A DNA stretch of 64,000 nucleotides from Candidatus Ozemobacteraceae bacterium (GTDB lineage Bacteria > Muiribacteriota > Ozemobacteria > Ozemobacterales > Ozemobacteraceae), in contig OZ223236.1 in assembly GCA_965140445.1 (NCBI GenBank), forward strand, positions 3,586,498 to 3,650,497, in the 5' to 3' direction. Positions 29,364-38,121 of this stretch are shown in pieces (positions within the stretch are counted from its first letter, which is position 1; the number at the start of each line of letters is the position of its first letter). The notes beneath the pieces were generated by a model that searched no databases, was not told the origin of the DNA, and saw only the letters and a list, made by a program, of their open reading frames with translations. A program made the translations under genes and the position numbers.

Positions 29364-29676
29364 AAAAAAAATCCCCGGTTTAAAAAAAGCCGGGGACAAA
29401 GTGAGAGGATCTTTTGAGAGGATTCGGGAGTCATCTCCTGAGAGATGACCAATTTATGAAAAGAGCTTTCCGGATCATGCTGTAATTTCTTCTTAACTTA
29501 TACTGTTACTTATTGTGAGGGGAGGATCGACCATACTATAGTTAGGAGAGGATGTTAAGCTATGAGCAGTAAGTCTATTGTAAGAGTATCAAATACTGTG
29601 AATAATAATGTGAACCAGTAACAACTTATACTGTAAACGACCCGGAAAACTACTTTTTACTATTTTCAAAGAGCTA
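29364..29676 (-). ncRNA. Candidate sigma-54-dependent small RNA, paralog 3 (about 310 nt)
   Basis: Minus-strand promoter CTGGCATAGGAATTGCA (GG-N10-GC). Shares the conserved 5' and 3' blocks. Terminator hairpin tccccgg/ccgggga with a longer loop, followed by a U9 run. Confidence 0.5.
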
Positions 29677-29687
29677 CTTAACTATAT

Positions 29688-29702
29688 GCAATTCCTATGC
29701 CA
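29688..29702 (-). promoter_or_regulatory. Sigma-54 (-24/-12) promoter of sRNA paralog 3
   Basis: Reverse complement reads TGGCATAGGAATTGC with a GG-N10-GC spacing. Confidence 0.55.
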
Positions 29703-29943
29703 GCTTTTTTTTATCATTTTTAGCTAATTTTAGGGCATTTCCTTTGTTAACTTTTTTCACCAGTGTTTTTTTTTCACACTCAAAAACAAGCTTCCACACC
29801 CCTATTTCAACACGACATGCATTTTTTGTCAACTACTTTAGGTTTTTTAAAAGTTCTACTTTGTTCTTTTTTTCACGTTCTCCGACGTGTGTGTTTTTTT
29901 TTCACCTTTATATTTTTTCCCCATTAGGCTATATTGCATTCAA

Positions 29944-31866
29944 ATGAAAAAGATAATCCTTTCCGCAATCAACTCAAAGCACACTCACGCTTGTCTGTCG
30001 CTGGCAACTTTAAAAGCTTATCTTGAAAAAAACACATCAGATTTAACCGCATCAATTTTTGAATTTGATTTAAACCAAAACATTGATTCCATTTTTGCTG
30101 AGCTGGTGAGAATCAAGCCTGATTTTTTAGCCTTTTCTACCTACATATGGTCCTTTGAGACCATAATAGAAATTTCTGGCGCTATTAAGTCAGCCTTTCC
30201 ACAGATGAAAATTTGCCTAGGAGGGCCCGAAGTAACATTTCAAGCCGAATCCATTTTGCAAAGATTTCCATGGATTGATTTCATAATAAGAGGCGAAGGA
30301 GAAGAAACCTTTACCGAATTGCTTCTGAGCAATTTTGAGCTTGATGATCTCCTGAAAATAGATGGTTTAAGCTTTCAAAATAATTCTAAAATATACAGCA
30401 ATAATGACAGGAAACTTATTGAAAACCTGGACGTAATACCCTCCCCTTTTGAGCTTGGCATCTATAAAAACGGGAAAGGTTACACATATTACGAAGCATC
30501 AAGGGGTTGCCCCTCTAAATGTTCCTATTGCTTAAGTTCCGTATTGGGCAAGTTGCGCAATTTTTCCATTAATAGAGTTAAAAAGGATTTGGATTGGTTT
30601 TTCAATTCGGACTATGAGCAAATAAGGTTTTCTGATAGAACTTTTAATTTTGATAAAAATAGAGCGAAAAAAATTCTTAATTACATTCTTCAAAATAACG
30701 TTCAAAAAAAGAACTTCCATTTTGAAATTCAAGCAGACATTCTGGATGAAGAAATAGTCGAACTTCTAGCAAGTGAACCGCATGGGATTTTCCATTTAGA
30801 GATTGGAATTCAAAGCTTAAACCTGAAAGCCCTTGCCGCTGTAAATAGAGCTTGCAACCCTCAAAAGCTTGAAAAAATGATTATTTTCCTTAGGGATCAC
30901 ACTAGATGTCATCTTCACCTGGATTTGCTGGGCGGTCTCCCGGAAGATACCTACCTCCAATTCAGGGAAAGTTTTAACAAGGTTTGGAATTTTAAACCTA
31001 ACTGTATTCAGGTTAGTTTAATTAAAGTGCTTCGCGGAACCCCTTTTGAAAATGAAGTAAAAACCAACAGGGTTTCCTGCATGCCAACCCCTCCTTATAC
31101 TCTCACCAGGACTCTTTGGATGTCCCCTGAGGAACTCATTAGGATTCAGGAAATTGGAAAGCTTGTAGAATCAATTCGAAACTCGGAGAGATTTACAATT
31201 TCATTGCACTACATAACTGAAAATATTTATCAAAATAATGCGATTGAATTCTTCGAAGATCTTCTTGATTATTGGTTAAAAATGTCTTTTCTTAATTTTG
31301 GAATGAATCCTCGAACCATTAAAGAGCGCCTTGTGAGCTTTTTAATCCATAAGTTTCCTGAGCATCCAAAAACTAAGGAACTGGAAACCCTTTTTGACCA
31401 TGAGCTTCAAATGAGCCTGCGATCGCCTTCAACAGAATTTTCTTCTTCCCCAGATTTCCCGGACTCCAAAATGAAGGATTATCCATTCAAAGTTCTTCCT
31501 TCATTAAAAGTAATCTGGCAAAAGCACAATATCGAAAGTCTAATCTCAGACCAGGATAAAAATATTAAGGGAAATTACTTTCCGACCTTGTATTTCTTTG
31601 AAAAAAATCCTGCCTTAAAAAACAAAACTGTGCATTTAGAGCTCCCCTTAATTGAAAAATTCACAATCAGCTCTGTTCTTAAAAAACTTTCAACCGATCA
31701 AATGGCTCGGATGTGCCTCCAACTCTACGATTGGGAAATTCTTCCAGACCATTTTGAAAAGGTGCTTGAAAACCTTTGTCAAAGAGGATTAATATATAAT
31801 CTCAATGTAAAAAGCTTTGATGAAATTAAGGACTATATTCCTGAAGAAATCCAAACACAAAGGTGA
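29944..31866 (+). CDS. B12-binding domain-containing radical SAM protein (DUF4080 C-terminal extension)
   Basis: N-terminal cobalamin-binding-like domain and a radical SAM CxxxCxxC motif (GCPSKCSYC). True start is the ATG at 29944 (MKKIILSAIN); the track ORF starts earlier, at 29887. Confidence 0.8.
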   Translation: MKKIILSAINSKHTHACLSLATLKAYLEKNTSDLTASIFEFDLNQNIDSIFAELVRIKPDFLAFSTYIWSFETIIEISGAIKSAFPQMKICLGGPEVTFQAESILQRFPWIDFIIRGEGEETFTELLLSNFELDDLLKIDGLSFQNNSKIYSNNDRKLIENLDVIPSPFELGIYKNGKGYTYYEASRGCPSKCSYCLSSVLGKLRNFSINRVKKDLDWFFNSDYEQIRFSDRTFNFDKNRAKKILNYILQNNVQKKNFHFEIQADILDEEIVELLASEPHGIFHLEIGIQSLNLKALAAVNRACNPQKLEKMIIFLRDHTRCHLHLDLLGGLPEDTYLQFRESFNKVWNFKPNCIQVSLIKVLRGTPFENEVKTNRVSCMPTPPYTLTRTLWMSPEELIRIQEIGKLVESIRNSERFTISLHYITENIYQNNAIEFFEDLLDYWLKMSFLNFGMNPRTIKERLVSFLIHKFPEHPKTKELETLFDHELQMSLRSPSTEFSSSPDFPDSKMKDYPFKVLPSLKVIWQKHNIESLISDQDKNIKGNYFPTLYFFEKNPALKNKTVHLELPLIEKFTISSVLKKLSTDQMARMCLQLYDWEILPDHFEKVLENLCQRGLIYNLNVKSFDEIKDYIPEEIQTQR

Positions 31867-31869
31867 TTT

Positions 31870-32133
31870 ATGCCAATCTATACTTATAGAGCCGTAGACG
31901 AAAATAACTGTTGTGACACTTGTAGAGAAGTTTACGAAACCATTCAGAGCATTAGAGCTGAAGCATTGGAAAAATGCCCAGATTGCGGAAACGCCATCGT
32001 AAGATTAATCAATGCCTCTAACAAAGTTCGAATGACAGACCAGAATAAGCTTTTGTCTGATGAAAACATAAAAAAACATGGGTTTAAAAAGCTTGTTAAC
32101 GTAGGTGGCGGGAAATTTGACGAAGTCGTGTAA
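31870..32133 (+). CDS. FmdB-family zinc-ribbon putative regulatory protein
   Basis: MPIYTYRAVDENNCCDTC...CPDCG; the two CxxC pairs are characteristic. Confidence 0.7.
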   Translation: MPIYTYRAVDENNCCDTCREVYETIQSIRAEALEKCPDCGNAIVRLINASNKVRMTDQNKLLSDENIKKHGFKKLVNVGGGKFDEVV

Positions 32134-32668
32134 ACAAACTTTTAAGCAAATTGTTCCTTTCAAAGGCAAGATTTTCGACCTTGAGGTTAGTTTTACCCCT
32201 TTCTCTTTTTCAAGGGTAATGGCGGATGAATCTCAGGAAATTTTTAAGCTGCTCTTACCCGCATCAATTTCTGATCAAGATAAAGGCTCAGAAATAGCAA
32301 AAAACGTTACAAACTGGCTAAAATCGCAAGCCCGCACTTACGTTCAGAAATTTGTCGTTGAACAACAGGCTTTACACGGATTTAATTTTAATGAAATTCG
32401 TATTAAAGACACTAGATCAAGGTGGGGAAGCTGCTCAAGCAAAAACAATCTAAACTTCAACTGGCGACTAATTTTAGCGCCTGAAAAAGTTTTAAATTAT
32501 GTGGTTGTGCATGAAACCGCACATCTTTTACATCTGGACCATTCCGAAAATTTTTGGAATACAGTGAGCAGTCGGTGCCCCGAATATAAAAGCCACAAAG
32601 CCTGGCTAAAAGCAAACGGCGCAAGAATCCTATCCTGGGATCTTGCACCGAGTTTTGTAACTAATTAA
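32105..32668 (+). CDS. YgjP/DUF45-family metal-dependent hydrolase (M48-like HExxH)
   Basis: WGSCS...VVHETAHLLHLDHS motif. True start is probably the internal Met near 32219; the 5' end of the track ORF overlaps the FmdB gene. Confidence 0.6.
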   Translation: MAGNLTKSCKQTFKQIVPFKGKIFDLEVSFTPFSFSRVMADESQEIFKLLLPASISDQDKGSEIAKNVTNWLKSQARTYVQKFVVEQQALHGFNFNEIRIKDTRSRWGSCSSKNNLNFNWRLILAPEKVLNYVVVHETAHLLHLDHSENFWNTVSSRCPEYKSHKAWLKANGARILSWDLAPSFVTN

Positions 32669-32674
32669 AAAGCT

Positions 32675-34624
32675 TTAGATCTTCCCTGAATTAACAAATT
32701 CCTTAGCTTTTTCATTTCCCTGCATTGCTTCAAACTTTAGGACATCCCTAATTCTATTTCTCAATGAAGCCAACTTACTCTTTTCGTTTGGATTGGCATT
32801 AGAATAATAACTGAGAAATTCATCAGCTACTTCAAAATTGCCTTCTCTAATGCCATCAATTATAGAATCTACAATTAGATTTTCATTTTCAACAGTCTTT
32901 TGAAAGCTGAAATCCAGGCTAACTTCTTTTGAAGATTTTTCAACGTCATCGGTTTCTCCAAGAACAAGATTAATATCTTCTTCAAGTTCTGGCGCAGATG
33001 CTAACTCTTCAATCACAGATCTTGCTCTGGCTCTTGAAACGCTGCTCCTGCTTCGGCTGGTTGAACTTCTTCTGGCTGTAGTTGCACGTCGTGGTTTAGT
33101 AGATTTTTTCTTAGCAACCTTTTTTCTTTTCTTTGGAGCCGATTGGTTTGTTGGTGTAATAGAAAAGGAAAACTGTGCAGGCGGACACCCTTTGGCAAAG
33201 GCTGTTTCAACCTTCATGGTGTCTGGACCACTATTTACAACTACAAGCATCATTCTATCGCGTTCTCCAAGTTTTTCTGTTAACACCTGAGAAGCTTTAA
33301 ATTCTCGGATATTAAGCCATTCAACTGTAGGCTTAACTTTTTTTGAACTGTGGTACATTACTGCTGCAACATCAAATCTATTGCAATACTTGGAAGAATT
33401 TATTCGCTGACCATCAAATGTTACCTTGATATTTGAATCTCTTAAGCTTTGAGGGTTTATTAGCACAGCTTTTGAAGACCAACACTTCACATTGTCCCGG
33501 CCTGCAAAAGGAGCATTTGCAATTTTGATAGAGGGATTCAAAGCTAATTTCGCCAGAAATTTATCGTAGCCATAATCGCCGCCGCTAAAACTGCTGTCAT
33601 TTAAGAAGTTTGCTACACAGAAATTTCTAAAAATGTTTTTTGCACTGTTTTTTATTCGTTGTTTTTTTATAGCAGCATTCAACCCGGAAAGTCCCTGAGA
33701 AGTTTGCGCAACCATTCTTCGAACAAAAGCTTTCCTTCTCTCTACCGAATCAGATATGTGGGTGGAAATATAATATGCCCACAAATAAACCTGTCCATAG
33801 TTTGAGAGCATATCATCATTTGCCCATGCACAAAGATTGTTATCAGAATTTCTTATGAAAGCATGCACCTGAGGCGGGTGACCATAGCCACAAAGGAATG
33901 GAGCAAGCTGTGAAAGGCTTTCATTAACCCAGGTATATTCTTTAGGGTCATTGTTCCAGTGAACCATATGCTGAAATTCATGCGCAACAACACTTAAGAA
34001 TTTTTTATCGCCAGCAACTCCAGGATAAATATCAAGGTAAAGCATTTCTCTTTCATTGCTCTTGGGGTTTTTGCTGCGATTGTATTCATCTCCGGCATAG
34101 AAATATCCGGCTGTGAATCCCTTTTGTCCACGGTCTGGATTATATGTGTCTTTGATATCCATTAAAAGCAGAGTAATTTTGGGATCACCATCAATTCCAG
34201 GATTCCACTCCTCGCCAAACATGGAACGAACTTCTGGATAAATCTTTTTATCAAAGTCATCCACTATTTTATTGATTGCTTTTGCATCAACCTTACGTCC
34301 AGTTTCAACAAATACATAGCAATGTTTACCTATTTTTTTAAGCTGAGCTTTAATTCTTTCATGCCCATTTTTAGCAATATTAAAGGAGTTAAAAGATTCA
34401 ACATCACCAACTTCAACAGGTTTAGTATCAGCATATTGAACAAAGCCGCGAGTTCTAATACTGAATTCATCTTTGGATTCTTTCTGCACATTATCAGCCA
34501 ACCAGCTTACTTCTTCTTCAAACAAGTGGGTAGCATCAAACAGATCTTGTGCAAAAGCGCTGCTACAAGCACATCCAACAATGAGAATCATGGTCAGAAA
34601 AATGACCTTGACTGATTTTTTCAA
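32675..34624 (-). CDS. Secreted or lipoprotein zinc metallopeptidase (gluzincin-like HExxH...E) with a basic Ser/Arg/Lys-rich linker and a C-terminal domain
   Basis: Signal peptide ending in a lipobox-like VGCAC and the catalytic motif VVAHEFQHM...NE. The KKRKKVAKKKSTKPRRATTARRSSTSRSRSS low-complexity segment follows. Paralog of 34746..36584. Confidence 0.55.
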   Translation of the reverse strand: MKKSVKVIFLTMILIVGCACSSAFAQDLFDATHLFEEEVSWLADNVQKESKDEFSIRTRGFVQYADTKPVEVGDVESFNSFNIAKNGHERIKAQLKKIGKHCYVFVETGRKVDAKAINKIVDDFDKKIYPEVRSMFGEEWNPGIDGDPKITLLLMDIKDTYNPDRGQKGFTAGYFYAGDEYNRSKNPKSNEREMLYLDIYPGVAGDKKFLSVVAHEFQHMVHWNNDPKEYTWVNESLSQLAPFLCGYGHPPQVHAFIRNSDNNLCAWANDDMLSNYGQVYLWAYYISTHISDSVERRKAFVRRMVAQTSQGLSGLNAAIKKQRIKNSAKNIFRNFCVANFLNDSSFSGGDYGYDKFLAKLALNPSIKIANAPFAGRDNVKCWSSKAVLINPQSLRDSNIKVTFDGQRINSSKYCNRFDVAAVMYHSSKKVKPTVEWLNIREFKASQVLTEKLGERDRMMLVVVNSGPDTMKVETAFAKGCPPAQFSFSITPTNQSAPKKRKKVAKKKSTKPRRATTARRSSTSRSRSSVSRARARSVIEELASAPELEEDINLVLGETDDVEKSSKEVSLDFSFQKTVENENLIVDSIIDGIREGNFEVADEFLSYYSNANPNEKSKLASLRNRIRDVLKFEAMQGNEKAKEFVNSGKI

Positions 34625-34698
34625 AACACGCGGCTCCTTATCTCTAAAACTTATTTTAATAAGTATACTGATTATCTTTATAGACCGTAATACCCAAA

Positions 34699-34731
34699 CA
34701 AAAAAAGCCCTGAAAAATCAGGGCTTTTTTC
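34699..34731. terminator. Rho-independent terminator between the two peptidase paralogs
   Basis: aaaaaagccctgaaaaatcagggctttttt: a 7-bp GC-rich stem with flanking A- and T-runs. Confidence 0.75.
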
Positions 34732-34745
34732 ATTATTTATCTTCA

Positions 34746-36584
34746 TCATAATGAATTGATTTTATCTAACAAAGACTCCAGTTCTGCAAAATCTTGATTC
34801 TGTTGGAGATGAAAAGCTCCTACAGAGCTAGCCTGCTTTATTAGTGGTCTAACATTATTTTTATCCACATTGCCACTTTCGATTCCCTCTACTAATGACC
34901 TCAGTGAATCCAATTTACCATTTTCAAGCTCTTGCTTAATCTGCTCAGAAAATTTGTAGTTCAAACTTTCAAGATTGGTTAAAGCAATGTTTAGGGCAAC
35001 TTCATTTGAGCTATCCAAGCTAGCTGAGGTTCTAGAATAATTTTTAAGTAATTCCAGACTATCTACAGATGCAGCAATTCTTTCAACCTGCTCGCCCTTA
35101 TCGTTAAATTGGACAAAGTATTTCATAGCTGGAGCCTTGGCATAAGCTTTATCTGGAATACTTTCCGGAGCATGAGCAATAACTACAAGCTTTAGGCTGT
35201 CATAATCTTTTTCAATAGCAAATTTTAAAGAACCTGCCTGTAAATTCTTTCCATCAATTGGTGATATTTCAAGAAATCTAACAAAGGGTTTTGCTTTATC
35301 ACGCGAATTCATTAAAACAGCAGCAACCGTAAACGAATTGTATTTTCCTTCTGAAAATTTTGCTCTTGTTCCACCAAAAATTATTTCCATCTCTTCTTTA
35401 GCTGCTGAAAGATCAACATCTATGCAATCAGAGCTCCATAAAAACACCTCGTTCTGAACTTTTCCAGGGAAAGCTCTAACTTCTTGAGTTACAGGGAGTT
35501 TTAACCGACCAAGAGTTTTATCGTAATTATACAAATCATTTTCAGCAAGCTTCGGATTATTAACAAAGTTGGTAATCGCAAATTTATCAAAAGTGTCGGT
35601 AAACTTTGCTTTAAACTCTTTTAGTGCGGTTGAATATCCGTCAATTCCTTGCTTTTTGGAGTCGACAAGCTTTTTAAAGAAAACACCGGCTTTACTGTTG
35701 TCTCTTCCCAGAAATCGATTAAAAATGTAATAGTTCCAGAGATAAACCTGACCATAGTTAGCAAGCATTTGTTCCTGAGACCATGCAGTAAGACTATTGT
35801 CTGGAGTTTTCATGTATGATGTAATCTGGCTTGCGTGACCAAATCCACACAAATAAGGGGCTATCTGTGAACAAGCTTCATTAACCCAGGTATTTTCTTT
35901 GGGATCGTGGTTAAAATGAATCATGTGCTGAAATTCATGGGCAACTACAGCCATGTAGTGGTCTTTGGTTGGATCAGAAGGATTAATGTCCAGGTAAAAC
36001 ATTTCTCTTTCATTGGTTTTAACATCAATATTTGCTGGAATCTGAGACTGCATATACTCATCACCGGCAAAGAAATAGCCGCCAACGAATCCGCCTGAAC
36101 CGTTGTAACCGTCCTTGATATCAAACATCAGTAAAGTGATTTTTTCATCCCCATCAATGCCAGGTTTCCACTCAAAACCGAAACTGGAAGTATTTACCGG
36201 ATATATTTTTTCGTCAAATTCTTTCTGAATCTTTTCAATTGCTGCATTCGTAAGAGACTTTGTTTCTTCAACAAAAACATAGCAATGCTTTCCAATCGCT
36301 TTTAATATGGCTGGAGTTTTTTCAAACTTGTTTTCTTTGATGTTCTTTGTCCAGAAAACTTCTTTATCGCCAACTGTATATTTTTTTGGCTCTGGAGCTG
36401 GAGCTTTAACTCTTTTGGCATGCTCTTTACGAGTCTCAAGCTTTACATTGTCAACAAGCTTGGCAACATCAGCTTCAAAAATATGTGTAGCATCCATCCA
36501 TTGCGGTCCTACAGCGCTTGCGCTAACCGTGCCCAGCAAACTGACTCCAAGTAAAATTCCCAAAATTCTATTTGTTTTTTTCAT
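34746..36584 (-). CDS. Secreted zinc metallopeptidase, paralog of 32675..34624
   Basis: Signal peptide and the same VVAHEFQHM...NE catalytic block, collinear with the adjacent paralog. Confidence 0.55.
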   Translation of the reverse strand: MKKTNRILGILLGVSLLGTVSASAVGPQWMDATHIFEADVAKLVDNVKLETRKEHAKRVKAPAPEPKKYTVGDKEVFWTKNIKENKFEKTPAILKAIGKHCYVFVEETKSLTNAAIEKIQKEFDEKIYPVNTSSFGFEWKPGIDGDEKITLLMFDIKDGYNGSGGFVGGYFFAGDEYMQSQIPANIDVKTNEREMFYLDINPSDPTKDHYMAVVAHEFQHMIHFNHDPKENTWVNEACSQIAPYLCGFGHASQITSYMKTPDNSLTAWSQEQMLANYGQVYLWNYYIFNRFLGRDNSKAGVFFKKLVDSKKQGIDGYSTALKEFKAKFTDTFDKFAITNFVNNPKLAENDLYNYDKTLGRLKLPVTQEVRAFPGKVQNEVFLWSSDCIDVDLSAAKEEMEIIFGGTRAKFSEGKYNSFTVAAVLMNSRDKAKPFVRFLEISPIDGKNLQAGSLKFAIEKDYDSLKLVVIAHAPESIPDKAYAKAPAMKYFVQFNDKGEQVERIAASVDSLELLKNYSRTSASLDSSNEVALNIALTNLESLNYKFSEQIKQELENGKLDSLRSLVEGIESGNVDKNNVRPLIKQASSVGAFHLQQNQDFAELESLLDKINSL

Positions 36585-36761
36585 GTTTCACACTCCATAA
36601 GTTGGGACAATTCTTTTACATAATTAAAGCAATTTCTTTGCCACACCAAAAACCCTTTACCAAGAACGTTCTTAAGGTTTTGTTTAAAATTTTTGCTTAA
36701 TTTTTAACAATGATTGTAGTAATTTTTGGCATTAGATTGAAGTTGTGCTATAATCCCTTTC

Positions 36762-37640
36762 ATGAAAGACTACTACAAAGTTTTAGGCATAGATTCTTCT
36801 GCTTCAAAAGATGAAGTTAAAAAGGCGTTCAAAAAACTCGCCAAACAGCATCATCCCGATATAAACAAGGGGAATCCCAAGTCTGAGGAAAAATTCAAAG
36901 AAATTTCTGAGGCTTACGAAGTTCTTAGCCGTGACGATGAACGGCGGAAATACGATGCTGCGCGTAGTGGTGGGCATAACTTCAGATTTGATGGTTTTTC
37001 GCAAGACGGTCCATTTCGAGACTTCTTTTCTCAAGGCTCACAGGGTGGATCAGATTTTTTCGAAGATATCCTTAGAGGTTTTGGCGGATTTGGTGGTTCT
37101 TCTAGTCGACAGGGCTCACCATTTTCTGGATTTGAAAGCATTTTCGGCGGGGGCTCCCGACAAAGACCATCTGCACCAAATGCAACTTTAAAAGTACCTC
37201 TTGATACAGCTGTTAATGGTGGAAAAATCCAGGTTAGTGGGCTTCCAGGAGGAACACAAACAATCGATGTTCCTGCTGGCACTGCAAACAACTCTGTTTT
37301 AAAAGTTAATTCTAATCAGGGCACTATTCACCTGAAAATTTCAGTTGAAGACGAAGCTCCATTCAAAGTAAATGGTAAAAACATTGAAACCACAATTACC
37401 ATTAACCTCGCTCAAGCCCTTCTCGGAAGTAAGGTAAAATTGAAATCTCCAGCTCGCGAGAACTTCATTTTAACCATTCCCAAAGGTTCAAAGCCTGGAG
37501 ATGTATTAAAACTCAAACATCAAGGCCTCGGCGGAGGCGACTTATTGGTAAAGCTGGATATAGATTTCCCCAAGAACATGACTGAAGAGCAAATCGATCT
37601 GTTCAAGGCTTTTGCCGAAGAAATGGGCTGGAGATACTAG
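36762..37640 (+). CDS. cbpA: CbpA-like J-domain co-chaperone (DnaJ homolog lacking the CxxCxGxG zinc finger)
   Basis: N-terminal J domain with HPD (DYYKVLGI...HHPDIN), a G/F-rich linker, C-terminal substrate-binding domains, and no zinc-finger repeats. Confidence 0.75.
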   Translation: MKDYYKVLGIDSSASKDEVKKAFKKLAKQHHPDINKGNPKSEEKFKEISEAYEVLSRDDERRKYDAARSGGHNFRFDGFSQDGPFRDFFSQGSQGGSDFFEDILRGFGGFGGSSSRQGSPFSGFESIFGGGSRQRPSAPNATLKVPLDTAVNGGKIQVSGLPGGTQTIDVPAGTANNSVLKVNSNQGTIHLKISVEDEAPFKVNGKNIETTITINLAQALLGSKVKLKSPARENFILTIPKGSKPGDVLKLKHQGLGGGDLLVKLDIDFPKNMTEEQIDLFKAFAEEMGWRY

Positions 37641-37656
37641 AATAGAATTAAGGGGT

Positions 37657-38091
37657 TTATTTTTTAAAACCAAGAATCAAAACCCCGGTTGCGACAAGTG
37701 TGATACCAAACCATTCGCGCATATTTGGTCTTTCTTTTAGAAAAATGAAAGCAAATATTGCCACAAGAACCAAACTTAGCTTATCAACTGGAGCAACTTT
37801 TGAAGCTTCCCCGACCTGCAACGCCCTAAAATAGCAGACCCACGATGCACCGGTGGCCAGGCCAGATAAAGTTAGAAACAGCCAGTTTTTGGGAGAAAGA
37901 GAAAACGGATCTGTCCATTTGCCCGTAAACTTAACGAATATTGTCAAAACAAGAAAAATGATGGTTGTACGGATTAGGGTAGCAAAATCAGAGTTTATCC
38001 CCTGAATACCTATTTTTGCAAAAATAGCCGTTAATGCAGCAAAGACGGCTGAGCCAAGAGCCCAATAAAACCATTCGGGAGAGTTTGTCAT
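37657..38091 (-). CDS. EamA/DMT-family small membrane transporter
   Basis: 144 aa, four TM helices, EamA-like. Confidence 0.55.
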   Translation of the reverse strand: MTNSPEWFYWALGSAVFAALTAIFAKIGIQGINSDFATLIRTTIIFLVLTIFVKFTGKWTDPFSLSPKNWLFLTLSGLATGASWVCYFRALQVGEASKVAPVDKLSLVLVAIFAFIFLKERPNMREWFGITLVATGVLILGFKK

Positions 38092-38121
38092 ACCGTTGAC
38101 CTCGTTGATTTCTTAATAAGT

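Noticed and set aside
29199-29417. 72-aa plus-strand ORF inside the repeat region, and similarly 29744..29947 (67 aa)
   Set aside because: Both lie in low-complexity T-rich repeat DNA, have no RBS, span the conserved sRNA blocks of copies 2/3 and the upstream motifs, and translate to Phe/Cys-rich nonsense. I take them as spurious.
28401-29943. Whether the repeated region is a CRISPR array
   Set aside because: The repeat period is about 470-500 bp with long conserved blocks, not 25-50-bp direct repeats separated by unique spacers of similar size. No cas genes are nearby.
28401-29943. Whether the repeats are IS, MITE or other mobile-element copies
   Set aside because: There are no terminal inverted repeats, no target-site duplications and no transposase or integrase ORF. 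Each unit instead has an oriented promoter-body-terminator layout.
28401-29943. Plus-strand reading of the repeats as a GGA-rich CsrB/RsmZ-like RNA (gagaggat boxes)
   Set aside because: On the plus strand the GC hairpins are preceded, not followed, by the U-run. The three sigma-54 promoter matches are all on the minus strand, so the minus strand is the transcribed one.
32105-32218. Overlap of about 29 nt between the 5' end of the YgjP-like ORF and the FmdB gene
   Set aside because: It is probably an artefact of the longest-ORF call. An internal Met (VMADES..., about 32219) is the more plausible start, which removes the overlap.
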